The position numbers and the translations under genes were made by a program. Positions 27,498 through 42,079 of a stretch of DNA of 64,000 bases are shown one piece after another. Source of the stretch: the human T2T-CHM13v2.0 reference genome, Homo sapiens; the NCBI RefSeq assembly GCF_009914755.1, contig NC_060927.1. One strand, given 5' to 3'. How positions within the stretch are numbered: the first letter of the stretch is position 1; each line of letters opens with the position of its first letter. The notes under the pieces are model-generated. The model did no database searches. It was given only the letters and a program-made list of their open reading frames with translations, and had not been told where the DNA came from.

Positions 27498-27887
27498 CTT
27501 AGAGAAGCAGTCACAAACTTTTGATTTCAGAACCCCTTTACACTCTCAAAAATTATTGAGGACTCCAGAAAGCTTTTCTCTATGTGGCCTATATCTATTG
27601 GCATTTACCCCATTGGAAATTAACATAGAAAAATTTAAAATATTTATTTTAAAATAATAAGCCCATTAAAAGTTATCACAACACATTTTTGTGGAAAAAC
27701 AACTATTTTATAATAGTGACTTTTTTGCAAATCTCTTCAATGACTAGCTAAATAGAAGACAGTTAGATTCTCATATTTGCACCTTCATTCAATCTGTTGT
27801 AATATGTTGCCTAGGTTGAATGATCTGGAGAAAATGCATCCTTCATATAGACATGTAATTAAAAAAATAGTGCTTTAATAATATTCA

Positions 27888-28063
27888 CCCAGTAGCTGGG
27901 ACCACAGGTGCACACCATTGTGCCTGGCTAATTTTTTTATTTCTTGTAGAGACAGGATCTTACTTTGTTGCCTAGGTTGGTCTTGAACTCCTGGCCTCAA
28001 GCAATCCTCCCACCCTGGCCTCCCAAAACACTGGGATTATGGCCATGAGCACTGCACCCAGCC
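27888..28063 (-). mobile_element. Alu fragment (AluJ-like left arm)
   Basis: agtagctgggaccacagg...gagcactgcacccagcc. Confidence 0.85.
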
Positions 28064-28982
28064 CACAAGTAGTAGCTTCTTAAAGATCAGTTGCAATTTG
28101 GAATCTGAAATTCTGTTAATGAGCTTTTCATACTCTGTTATGTTAAAATATATTACATTGGTTTGTCTTGCACTTTGCATATATCTTTCAGCCATTTATA
28201 ATTCTATAACATCATAGATTGCTTATTTGGAAAAAATATTAGTTCATTGTGTTATGCAGATCTTCCAAATGTTAACTGATTTATGTATGCAATATCCAGA
28301 AAATCACATGTGGCATTGATATTGCCACATGGAAAATACCTTAAGCAATGGAATGCTATCAAGTTCACGGTGACAACTACAAGTTTTCCAAGGTTCTGAT
28401 TTTTGCTTGAAAGTTCAAATTTATCATTGGCAATGAATATTGTCAGTTGTTTTCCTTGAAGTGACAGACTCACTTTGTAAATTTTCAAGAAAATATCTGC
28501 CACATGTCCAAGTCCAAACAACCATAGCGTGTCTGTTCATCATTTTTTAAAGTAAAAGTGGTGTTTCCTTTTAATCATGCAAGTGCTTTTAAGACAACCA
28601 TATTACACTATGCAACAGACTGTTTTATGAATGAATACTTCCTTTCTGTCATGCAGAATATTTAAAAAGATGTGTACTCAAAGGCCAAAATGTAATAAAA
28701 TTAGTAGTTCTTACTGCTTCATTGAGGACAATCTCAAGTGAAACTGGCTTTTTAAATTTTTTTTTTTTACTGCAAGTGCGTAGCAGTGAAGACACAATGA
28801 TCACTAACAAAGTTTAGTGACTCTGCCTTGATTCTTGCTAATACTCCAGGAGTTTTACTTCCCACTGCATTTACACCATCAGTGCAAATATGAAAACAGT
28901 GAAAAAGGCAAATAAATTCTCATTGTTATTCAGATAGCCTTACATAATGGACTTCTGAACTGTCCCTCAGGTGTTTACTATG

Positions 28983-29347
28983 TGTATTAGTCCATTTTCA
29001 TAGTGCTATGAAGAAATACCCAAAACTGCATAATTTATAAAGCAAAAGAGGTTTAATAGACTTACAGTTCCACATGGCTGGGGAGGACTCACAATCATGG
29101 CAGAAGGCGAAGTAGGAGCAAAGGCATGTCTTACATGACGGCAGGCAACACAGCGTGTGCAGGGGAACTGCCCTTTATAAAGCCATCAGATCTCATGAGA
29201 CTTATTCCCTATCACGAGAACGGCACAGAAAAAAACCCGGTCGCATGATTCAATTATTTCCCATCGAGTCCCTCCCATGACATGTGGGGATTATAGGAGC
29301 TACAATTCAAGATGAGATTTGAGTGGGGACACAGCTAAACCATATCA
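28983..29347 (-). mobile_element. THE1 (ERVL-MaLR) solo LTR, full length
   Basis: tgtattagtcc...ggggacacagctaaaccatatca (365 bp); perfect 5-bp TSD CTATG at 28978-28982 and 29348-29352. Confidence 0.92.
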
Positions 29348-30772
29348 CTATGCTTTAAGAAATGCTAGCTTAGGGGGTGATAAACTGAGTGAGGCAGGAA
29401 GGAGAGGGAAATCAACTCCTTCAAGGGGTCTTTTATGATCCCTCAACCCAACCTGTTAGGAGCTCTCACAACATCCTGAGCACACCTCTATGATGGAACT
29501 TCTCCATGATGATGTATTTGACTGCAAAAAGCTGAGAACTAGCTGTTCTTTGTACCCCCAGTGCCAAGCATAGCATGTAGTAAGGGCTCAAGCATTTGTT
29601 GAATGAATGAAAGGTAACAGTGAAGTTTCTATTTGTGCCATATTAGCAGGAACTGTGGGATAATGTTTAAAGGCTTTGAGTATCTTAGAACTCCAAACCA
29701 GTTGTAACCCTTGATTTTCCACAAGTATCAAATAAACTCTAGATCTAGTTAATTCCCTCTTGAAATTCAAAAGAGGGAAGGGAAGGGAAGGGAATTAAAT
29801 GATTAAATGTATTGAGGGCCTGCTATAAACAAGGTACCATGTCAAATATTTTTAATATTAAATCCCCACAACAGTAGCTAAGCAGGTAGCCAGTGTCCTG
29901 TCTTACAAGGAGCAGAGAAATTCAGTGGGGCTCTCAAGAATTGTGCTTAATAAGAGCTCTTAAGCATGCCCATTTCACTGTTGCTTGCAAGGGGCTTTTT
30001 CTTAGTGATTAACTAGATAAGCTCTGAAGCTGACTGCTTGGGTTTGAATCCCACCTCCACCACCTACTAGTTCTATGACCTTGGGTAAGTTACTTCTCTG
30101 TGCCTCCGTTTCTCCATAGGGTTTTGGAAGCATTAACTTCAGTTATATGGGTAACACTTAGAATAGTGAGTGATGCATAATAAGGTATTCTAATAAACAT
30201 TAGACCCTGTTATTATTTCATTATCTCATTCACTGCTCTAGCTTGGGGTAGGTAGAGATGTTATATTTATTTTATAAATGTAGAAACTGAAGCTCAGGAA
30301 ATTTAAGTGACTTGGCTAAAGTTACCCAGGAGTAAGTACCAGATCTAAAACAGAGCCCAAATAAACTAAAATAAAACTCAGCCCTTGCCTAAGTCAGATA
30401 TCTTGAGTTCTGTGGCATTCTTCAGAGGCAGCCATTCCAGGGCACAAGCATTTTAGGAAAAAATAGAAGTTCCCTGGGAGAAGTTTAATACTAGAAGCAA
30501 GGAATGCTTACCCCGAAATGGTACATACTAGAAACAGGAAGGCATTGGAGGATAAGTGGCCTTGATGGCAAAAAGAGTTTAGCACAGACGAGAAGGGCAA
30601 CCCCAGAAGACAAGGAATCTAGGATGAGAACTGGGATCAGAACGTGGGGAACACAGAAGTTGCTTCTGAGTGGCAGGTAATAAGTGATGCTTTGGAGCAG
30701 GATGGATTTGGTGTCACATCTGGCCCAGTGATGTTGCTTATAACGAGATTACTCTTAAAAATCTGATATCTA

Positions 30773-31523
<751 letters not shown>

Positions 31524-31632
31524 AAATCTGTTGTCACCTAAGCCTGAATGAACCTAACATCCACTTTTTCCAAGAATGAGATGTTTCTAAAACAATCCCT
31601 TGTTTATTTTTCCTTGTTTTTTTCTATTCCAG

Positions 31633-31683
31633 TTTTGGGTTCTCCTGGGTACCATGTTCTACTGGAGCAGAATTGAATATTAA
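31633..31683 (+). CDS. UPK1B: Uroplakin 1B, exon 8 (aa 245-260 plus stop)
   Basis: Long pyrimidine tract, ttccAG|TTT; FWVLLGTMFYWSRIEY*; TAA at 31681-31683. Total spliced CDS 783 nt = 260 aa. Confidence 0.97.
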   Translation, partial: FWVLLGTMFYWSRIEY

Positions 31684-31970
31684 GCATAAAGTGTTGCCAC
31701 CATACCTCCTTCCCCGAGTGACTCTGGATTTGGTGCTGGAACCAGCTCTCTCCTAATATTCCACGTTTGTGCCCCACACTAACGTGTGTGTCTTACATTG
31801 CCAAGTCAGATGGTACGGACTTCCTTTAGGATCTCAGGCTTCTGCAGTTCTCATGACTCCTACTTTTCATCCTAGTCTAGCATTCTGCAACATTTATATA
31901 GACTGTTGAAAGGAGAATTTGAAAAATGCATAATAACTACTTCCATCCCTGCTTATTTTTAATTTGGGAA

Positions 31971-31976
31971 AATAAA
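31971..31976 (+). terminator. UPK1B: Candidate proximal poly(A) signal of UPK1B
   Basis: AATAAA about 290 nt after the stop, with GT-containing sequence downstream. Further candidates: ATTAAA at 32299 and AGTAAA at 32837. Confidence 0.55.
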
Positions 31977-32258
31977 TACATTCGAAGGAACCTGTGTTAT
32001 CACAGTAACCCAGAGCTGTATTTGGCTAGCAATCTGCCTGTATCTCTCACTATTATCTAAAAGAAACCTTCCAATGCTTCTGTTGATCTCAGTATTGTCA
32101 GGGGAACAGAGAAGTTGGGAAAAGATTACTGAAATATACCTTTTGCATTTCTTTCTAGAGTAGCTCCCATATATGGAGATGGGTGATTCTCTTGATGCCA
32201 CCTTCAGATCCTTTTATTCTCCAGAATAATTCTTAACAGTGGTTCAAATTTCCTTTCA

Positions 32259-32605
<347 letters not shown>

Positions 32606-33751
32606 GCGTGGGGACTTCTGGGGACAGACAAGGTGCCTGTTATATATTTACTCAGTCTTTGCCCTGAATGGTCTCAGCTTGAGACCATTTCAAACTGGAG
32701 AGAAGCAAGCCAGCCAATAGAATGGGGTGATTTACAGGGATTTCTGTTTACTGTCAAAATATTTCTCATCTGCACTATGTTTCCATTTGTGGTCCTGAAG
32801 GAAATTCTTATAACTCAACATTTGTCTGGTCTTATAAGTAAAGACAGCTTTAAAATCTGTTCACTTTCATTTTTACCAATGTCATATATGAGTCTAACAA
32901 AATGGGTTTTCCAACAGAAAAGCCTAAAGCATGGGAATTAAAGTGGAGGAGGTAGAAACTGCAGACACAGGGTGTGGCTTCCTGCTGGATGCTGGCAAAC
33001 GCTGCCTTACAGTTAAACGGTGGGAACTTCTACGCTCACTTTTACTTTTTGCTCCTGCTACACTTACCCCAGAAGCAGTGATGAGACTAATGCTCTTCAA
33101 ATCATTTACCTCATGCAATTGAAAGCAGTGGAAACCTCGCCCATGCTAACTGCAGAACTGTGTGTCCTTCATGAAGAAAACACTTTGGCGTCCTGCTCCC
33201 AGCTGACTCAGACGCAGGCAGCACCCCCATCCCATGCCCCCACCGGGTACCTGTGAGTGAGGCTGAGCGTGGGGGTAGGGGAAAGACAAGGAGGATTGGA
33301 GGGGACTTGCCTTGGTTGTAAAGCTGGCGCAGGAGCCCGATCCCTGATTCCCAGGAGAGGGAACCAAATGTCCATGTCCTGACAGCACAGCCAGTTCACC
33401 TCTCCTTGGCCTGCCTTGTCTCTCCTGAATGAAGATCATGGGATATCGAGATAAATGACACCTGTGCTTGGCTGAGAAGGTTCTCTCTGTGGTCCTTTAG
33501 AAGACAGGAGGACAGGGAAGGAGCTTCCTCTGGGCAAAGCTTTGAAACAGCCGTGCTCTCATTTTCCTCCGCACACTCTCTCCTGTGTGTTCTGGTGCCT
33601 TTTGCCTCCACCACTCACTGGGCTTTCCAGTGCCCTCACCTCCCGACTGCCTGAGCAATTCCTGCCCCAAACCCACTCCTACTTCCCTTCCAGGGCTTCA
33701 TGCTCCAAAATTCTCTCTACATACAAAATTCCCCGCCTCCCTCCCCCCCCC

Positions 33752-33904
<153 letters not shown>

Positions 33905-35563
33905 TAGATCTCGGCTAGGTTAGGGGAAGGCCTTTTTGGAAACCAATTCATACTAAGGAGTGGGTGACAACTCAACTCCACTCTCTCAATCTCTATGACG
34001 TTTTCTTGATAACTGAGGTTGATCTCTAGTTGGTGGAATCCAGCACAGCAGTGGGAGCATGAAAGAGCCATTGCGGGACAAGATGGCCCACCTACTATTC
34101 CTTAAATCTTATCCCCTGACTTCCTTACCAAGCAATAACTAAAAGAGAAGGGGCCGTCAGTGAGCCACTGCCCCCTGCCCCCTCTCCAGCTAGTTTCCTT
34201 CCTGCAGCCTCAGCCTCCTTTATAGAAGGTGCAAAGTCCACTATAAATGGGGGCAGGCTCTGCTCCTTCCAAAACCAAATAAGGTCCTAAACACAGGCAC
34301 CCACTATGTCCTGGGGCTCCAACACTTGAGGAGGACACACCTTTCAGCTAAGACAGAAACGAGGTCTGAGGATCACCCTGCAGAGAGTCTGGCCATTCAG
34401 GACTCCTGTGCTTCCCTCTACAGGGCTCTCCTGTTTTAACCTCAGGACAGTTTCTATTCTGCCCAGTTCCTGCTCCCATGTCCCTCCACCTTCCCTGGAG
34501 GCCCAGCCTTGCCCCTCTTCCTTCTGGCTCCAGGGACTGGAAGTGGCCCCAAGCCAATGCTCAGGCAGGCCCAGGCTCAGCCCCAGCCCCAGCCCCAGCA
34601 AACCAGGGAGGCAAAGGGGAACCAGGCGGCTTGGCTCTAGGGATCTGGCAGCTTGCTGAGTGTGAGACAGGCCCAGACACAACTATCTTGTGAAACTTCC
34701 CTCTTCAACACCTGCTTATCAGGTGGGCAAAGAATAATTACTAACACCAAAAATGTGTCAGGCTAATTTGGGTAAGTTTTACTTGATTGCAACGCCAGGC
34801 GGGTCATCATGCTCTCTTGGCTGGCCATTTCCGTCCCTAGATTGCTCCACAGGCTCCTGGCAGGCAAACAGTCTGTCATTTAATTTTTAAAAGCCCATTG
34901 CTCCTACTTGTCAGCCTTGTAGCTTTTCTTTCTCTACATCAGCTGGAATAAACAGGAACTGCTTCTATTTTAAACAGAAGATCAGATATTTTCTGGCTAC
35001 CCATAAAAGGAATACTAGTCATGTGAACTTGAAAATCTAACCTCCTCTCAATCTCACACCCCCACCCCAACCAATCTGACAACCTGTGTTGTGGTTGAGG
35101 AATTAGAAACTAAGCTGGTTTCTCATTTCTATTGATGGAACAATTTCCTTTCTCCTTCTGGGTCTAGTATTTCCTCTAGTGTCTCTTCCAGATCCTTCTC
35201 AGCCTGTATAAGTGAGACTGAATCAAAGAAGAACCCCAAAGAAGGGTAGCTATAGACTACTGAGTTTGCTATTGTATTATAAGGCTCAAGTGGCCAGATC
35301 CCGTAAAGGGATCCAGAAACATTGTAGAGAAAGGCAGCCTTGCCGAGAAACAGAGATCCCATACACTTCTCCAACCAACCCTTCCCCCAGCACACGCCCC
35401 CACTCCACATTGTTAAGACACAAATAGTCAAATCCTGGAGTTTGGAGAAATGGTACTGTCATGCCCTACTTTCTAGTGGTTTCTACCCTGAGTTCCTCTT
35501 GAAAAAGAACTACAGAGCAACAGATGCTGGTGAGGCACTCACAACTAGGCTCAACTATTCTCC

Positions 35564-36126
35564 TGTTAGACATAAACAATCTCACAGAATACCAGCCTCA
35601 TAGGGTCACTCTGAGACCATGACAAAACGAGGCAAGCCAAGGCCACTGCATAATTTTGTCTATGCATAGACAAAAACAAGGTCACTGTGCCACCCACAAA
35701 AAACCAAACACCTGCTTTCTTGGCTAAAATTAGTGACTGCTATGTCTTCCCAATTACAGCTTTATTCTCTTGCTAGTCTCCCTCCCTACAAATAAAACTT
35801 ATTGAAATAAACAACCATGGACTTGCCCCTGCTTTCTGATAATATCCAACAGAGCAAACCCTTTCTTGGACCCTCCCCAAATGACCCAACCAAAGCCCAA
35901 ATGCTGTAATAATTCTAACTTCCTTCTACTGAGTTGCTTCATGGATCCCCCATGGTGTGTTCTCACTCACTGCAACGATTGCAACTAGTCACAATCCCAA
36001 TTTTTTTCAAAATAGAGCTCTTGAATTTATTCCTCCAACTGAAATTTTGTACCCTTTGATCAACTCTAACCCAATTAATTTATCTGCAATGTGTTCCTGG
36101 GGGGTTTTGGCTGAAGAGCATTGACA
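35564..36126 (+). mobile_element. ERV1-class solo LTR (MER67-like) containing a short L1 fragment at about 36000-36065
   Basis: TG...CA ends; 3' end tgtgttcctggggggttttggctgaagagcattgaca; near-TSD ctcc/ctct. Confidence 0.6.
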
Positions 36127-36488
36127 CTCTCCAAGTTAGTCTTCCAATCCTTATTTCCTCTAGGAAATAGGATGTATTTATTCCTTCCTGGTGTAGGTGT
36201 ATTTATTTATCCATCACCATGAAGTGGTTAAGAACATGAACTCTGGAGTCAAAGTACTTGGCTCCAAATCCCAGCTCTTTGACAAGTCACTTAGCTTCTT
36301 GGAGCCTGCTTCAGAAAAACTGGTCTCTCCTCACACAGGACTGGGAGGATTCAGTAAGATACGTACAGTGTGCATCGGTCTATAAGAGATGCCAATCAGG
36401 AGGTTATATCAAGGAAACTGATACAGAGCAAGCACTTAGTTTATTATTATGTCCCACCCTTCACCAACCTCTGCTCCAAGCCCCCACA

Positions 36489-36500
36489 TCTCTCTCTCAT

Positions 36501-36536
<36 letters not shown>

Positions 36537-36550
36537 TCACACTCCACACA
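36489..36550 (+). repeat. (TC)n-(CA)n microsatellite
   Basis: Directly visible. Confidence 0.9.
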
Positions 36551-37300
36551 TGGGCACACAAGGTTTGATAATTTTATTTAAATCTTAACAATTATCAATG
36601 GAACAATGGAGGCTTTACCTGTACAGGTGTACTTCCTAGGGGTGGAACCTCTAAACCACTCCCTTGTGTATACTTTTAGAATGATCAGGCCCTCTCAGCA
36701 GGTATAAGATGGTTATGCATATACAAAAAAATCAACGAAGGTAGAAATAGCATAAAATATCGAAGGCACTAAGGATAGAGGGTTTTTTTTTTAAGTTATA
36801 GAATGTGATTGGTGAAAAAGAACTTATGAAATGTACCTGAATATGCTTCATCTTGCAGAACATGTTAATGGTTTTTGGTAGGGACTGCATATATGAATAG
36901 GATTGGGGAAAGTGAATTTCAAGTCTGGGAGAAAATGTCTTTTATCTCACTCAAGTCCATTCACAGAGCATTTTGGGGCTCCCAGGAAATCTATCCATTG
37001 GGGCTTGAGTGGAAGTGATGGGGGTAAGGGCAGAAAAATTACAGATGGAGTTGGGGACAAAGTTCTGAGAGCAGCTGAGAACAGGAATGCACTTTCCAGG
37101 GTCCAGACAATACTAACTCTCTGTAGGAATTAAGACAATGACACACATTCAGGAAAATTACCACAAAGAAGTAGAGAAGCCAAGAAGAAGGCAATATGAT
37201 GTAATGGTCTTGAAAGTCAAAGGGCCCGAGTTTTGCTCAGAATCTGCCATTTGCTGCCTGTGAGACTCCTGGCAAGGCACCCTCCTGGCTGAGACCTCTA

Positions 37301-37744
<444 letters not shown>

Positions 37745-38583
37745 TCAATGAAAACTTCAAAGTAACACACTCTTTGTGTTAGGTAGTTGTGATATCCAAA
37801 TAGCCTGCCCCCACATAATCCTTAGCAATTATAGTAGGCATAGCTGTCTCTACAATATTTAAAACAGTAGGCCTCTTTGGCAACTATGAGAAAATGCACA
37901 GGGCAGGAACTGGAGGAAGCCAGTTCCTTTGAAGCCAAACCCCCTGCCCAGTGGGGAGGCAAGAGCAGGGAGGGAGGCAGCAGTGAGTGGGCAGGCGGCC
38001 TCATGCCCCGTGTCACCAGCCTTTGATGCCCCAGTGCAGGGAAAGTGTCACAATGGCAGTGTCAAGGTCTTAAAAAACTATCTTCCACCTCAAGAAGTTC
38101 CATAACAAGTCATTTAAGGGACTTTTAGATTATCTTGGTTGAAAGAATTACCTGAAGAAAAATAAAAGGCATCATTCAGTGGTTTCCAACAGTTAAAAAA
38201 TTGCAGATGTCAAAAAAACACAAGAGAGTTTCTGCATGGTACTAGCTATACTCCATTTCCATTGAGTAAGAAATTGAGTTCTCAAATACAGATCTTCAAA
38301 TTCCTTGCACACACCATTCTCTTCCATTGCCCTTCCCAACCATGATGAGGGAGGGACCTACAACCTCTCAATTACCGTCTGTTAATATGGTCATAGTCAA
38401 GCAAATTGGGAGAGAGCTCTAGACAAAGTTTCTACAGAAAAGAGAAGGGACAGTGAGGGAGAGATTTACTCAACAGACTACAGCCTCATTAGCAAATCTC
38501 CCAAGAATGAAGCTCCTTTACAAAGTTTGAGCAAAAAACATGAAAACCCTGAGTATTTCTCTGCTAAGTAAAGAAAAAAACAT

Positions 38584-38907
38584 GGCCGGGCACTGTGGCT
38601 CACACCTATAATTCCAGCGCTTTGGGCACCCCAGGCAGGCAGATTGATTTTGAGCTCTAGAGTTCAAGACCAGCCTGGGCAACATGGTGAGACCCCATCT
38701 CTACTAAAAATACAAAAAAATAGCTGGGAATGGTGGTGTGCGCCTGTGGTCCCAGCTATTCAGGAGGCTGACGGGGGGAGGATTGTCACTTGAGCCTGGG
38801 GGGTGGAGGCTGCAGTTAGCCGAGACTGCACCTCCGCACTCCAGCCTGGGTGATAGAGCAAGACCCTGTCGCAAAAAAAAAAAAAAAAAAAAAAGGAAAA
38901 GAAAAAT
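38584..38907 (+). mobile_element. Alu, AluJ-like
   Basis: Diverged full dimer with poly-A. Confidence 0.92.
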
Positions 38908-39488
38908 AACCACTTTTGCTCTTTTGCTCCCTGTGCTGAGTTAAAAGCTAAACCAAGCTAGCCCTAGGTAAACGTTTCATGCCTATGAAGTGTATTGTCC
39001 TTTCAAATTCTCCTTCCCCACTTGGGTGGTGACAACTCCTGTTTTATCTTAGGAGCACCAAACTTCCTACTCCCTCTCTCCCTGCTTGGGAAGGATTAGA
39101 TATTATTTAAACTTCCTGGCTGGCACTCATTCTTGTTAAAGTTTAACTGTTGAGGTGTCATACAATAATGATGGATTGAGAACCCCTAGGGCTTGCATGA
39201 TAAGCATAATGCATTCACGGAGAGGCCCAGGGAGTGAGACATGGATGGGCCTATCGTAAGATTGGAGCTGGTTCCACAAGGAGGTCACAAATGAGACAAA
39301 CAAGAGAGGGACAGAAGGACGGGAGACAGAAGTAGTGGAGGGCTTTGTTTCATTTGTTCTGTTTTTAAGCTCTTTAGAATTATGGATACTGAAATGAACA
39401 TATCTGTAGGCCTCAAAGAACAATAAAAAACACGAAGGAACACTCAAAGCTTTTTCACATTTTACTACAGAGGTATTTGATAGACATA

Positions 39489-39494
39489 TTTATT
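39489..39494 (-). terminator. B4GALT4: Candidate B4GALT4 poly(A) signal
   Basis: tttatt on + is AATAAA on -, about 760 nt past the stop. AGTAAA variant at 39461-39466; GT/T-rich downstream element on - at about 39420-39445. Confidence 0.65.
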
Positions 39495-40255
39495 ATTAGT
39501 TAATATGTAAACTTGTAAACTGCTAATTCATATCCTACTTGTACAAAATCATTTTACAAAAACTCTTTAAAAACTAATAGAGAATGTATTCTCTGGTGGG
39601 CATCACTGGAAGGCATACCTGGGCAGGTCCTCCCCTGAAGGCTATCAGCACCTGCAACCAGCTCAGCTACTGCTGCCTTTGCAGCCGACACTCCACCCTC
39701 CTGCTACCTCTTCATTCCCAAGTTCACTGTGTCCTGATTCGTCGCCTTTTCTCCCCTCTTTTGTGGACGCCTTCTCACCTGACACCACCACTTCACAGAT
39801 GATTGTACAGGATAAATGAATAACAGTATTGTATCTTCGTACCTTTCTACCTTGGACGAGAACAACTCTGGTTCTCTCAGACATTCAGCAGTCTTATTTC
39901 CTGTGGCCTTTTATCCCATAATATATTACTTCAAATTTAAATAAATCTCCTTCAACCAGAGTCCTCAAATAGCGTTCATTTTATCCTTTGAGTCATCCTT
40001 TTATATAAAGTCCTTCAAGTATCCATATTACAATATTTAACCCTCATGATCAAAATGACTAAGAAAGCTGTCTTGTTACAACTGTTTTATACTCTACATC
40101 ACCAGGAGCTCTGCTAAGAAAATACAAAAAGGAAAAATTCAGCTCAACAATGAGCTGTAACAGGTTCTTAATGTGTGCTACTATTTGAAGTCTCTAGGCC
40201 AAAATTATTGCAAACAAAGAATCAGTTCTTCCAAACATCACCAAAAGATCCAGGG

Positions 40256-40388
40256 TCATGCACCAAACCAGAAATCCACTGTGATGTTGATATATAAAGG
40301 ATTGTGTTCCACAGATACTAATTTATAAGAACAACTACTCAACCCATCTGTTCTCCAGACTCGTGACACTTGGTGTAAGAGCTTCATC
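40256..40388 (-). CDS. B4GALT4: Beta-1,4-galactosyltransferase 4, last coding exon (aa 301-344 plus stop)
   Basis: Acceptor ctttAG|G; (R)MKLLHQVSRVWRTDGLSSCSYKLVSVEHNPLYINITVDFWFGA*. Total spliced CDS 1035 nt = 344 aa. Confidence 0.97.
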
Positions 40389-41649
40389 CTAAAGATAAAA
40401 AGAACAAATGTGAATGATAAGAATTTAACATATGTCTCCACTGCATTTTGCCTTGCCCTGAAATGTGGCAAACATATTTTTGTAAATTATTGTACCTGTT
40501 GTGTTTCCTACCATTACAAAGTTTGTTTTCCCCATTGAAGGTGACAGACATGATAGCCATGTATTCATGTGTCAGACTCCACGTGAGAACCCGGGGACCC
40601 ATGATGAAAAGTGTCACTGCACTCAGTGAGCCCCCAGTCTACAGGACAGAAGGATGTGCAAGGAATACAGATACTACAGGATATGTACCAACCATTGCTA
40701 ACTGATCCTTGGCTGAGCTTCAGGGGATCTCTGAATCTTCCTATGTTATAAGGAAAGTTTGTCTGTAGGTGGGTACATAGCTTTCACGAGCCTCCAAAAA
40801 AATTAGAATGTATGTAGATGAGGATGAATGAAGGGAGACCTAACTTCATGAGGAAGTCGGGTGAGGTGTCAGGGAGAAGGAAAATTTCAGTAACGCTGAA
40901 AGAGAGAAATCCACCAAGTGAAGAAGGTGAAGGAAAAAGCACTCCAGGCAGAGAGACCACCCTGGGCAAGATGCACAGACGCAAAAGAGCAGGATGCATT
41001 TAAAGAAGTCACTAGTGTGGCCAGAACCATGGAATCTGGGAAGACAAGTGGGCAGTGAACTGAATAGGTTCTACTTGTTCAGCAGTGAAGACAATAAATG
41101 CTAGTTACCCATGACAATATGGATGGGGATCAGATGCATAATGTTCAGCTAAATAAAGTCAGAGAAGAATAAATGCAGTGTGATTTCATTTACATAAAGT
41201 TGAAAAACATGCAGAACTAAGCAATCTTTTGTTTAGGGATACAAACATATGGGAAAACAAGAAAACCAAGAAACAGCAGAAATAACTATCATTATCACAA
41301 ATACTTATCACAAAAATTCAGAGAAGTGTTACTTGGGTAGGTGGATAGGGGAGATGTGAAGGAGGAGACTACAGAATTAGGGAGGACCACACAGGTCATG
41401 CACTCAAAGTGGGGGTAGGAGATATCAGCAGTGTTCATGGCATCAAGAATCTTCATACTTTTCATACAATTTAGGAATACTCTTTTGTATCTACTCAATA
41501 ATTAATTTTTTTAACATAAAGAGAAAAATGCATACCTATGGACAATGACTAGAAAAACATAGAAAATAGAAATAGCTATTTTGTTGGAGTGGTTGACTCT
41601 ACCAAAAGGGTGAAAAGCCATTTAATAATGCTTTAAAATATAAACTTTA

Positions 41650-41981
<332 letters not shown>

Positions 41982-42079
41982 TTAATATTGTTTTAAAATG
42001 TAGACTATAACAAAAGCACTAAAAACCCCTTAAGACTGTTTGAAAATTTAAGGGGAAAAATCAGAACAAAGAAATACAG

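Larger units (their letters stand above)
27508..29368. mobile_element. Charlie1-type hAT DNA transposon fossil (contains an Alu fragment and a THE1 LTR)
   Basis: Start caaactttttgatttcagaacccctttacactctcaaaaattattgaggac matches the Charlie1 end. Minus-strand ORF 28252-28521 keeps a hAT transposase-like stretch (GHVADIFLKIYKVSLSLQGKQLTIFIANDK). Confidence 0.75.

Noticed and set aside
28252-28521. Transposase-like ORF as a domesticated gene
   Set aside because: A short, interrupted remnant inside a Charlie1 fossil; similarity is lost after about 40 residues.
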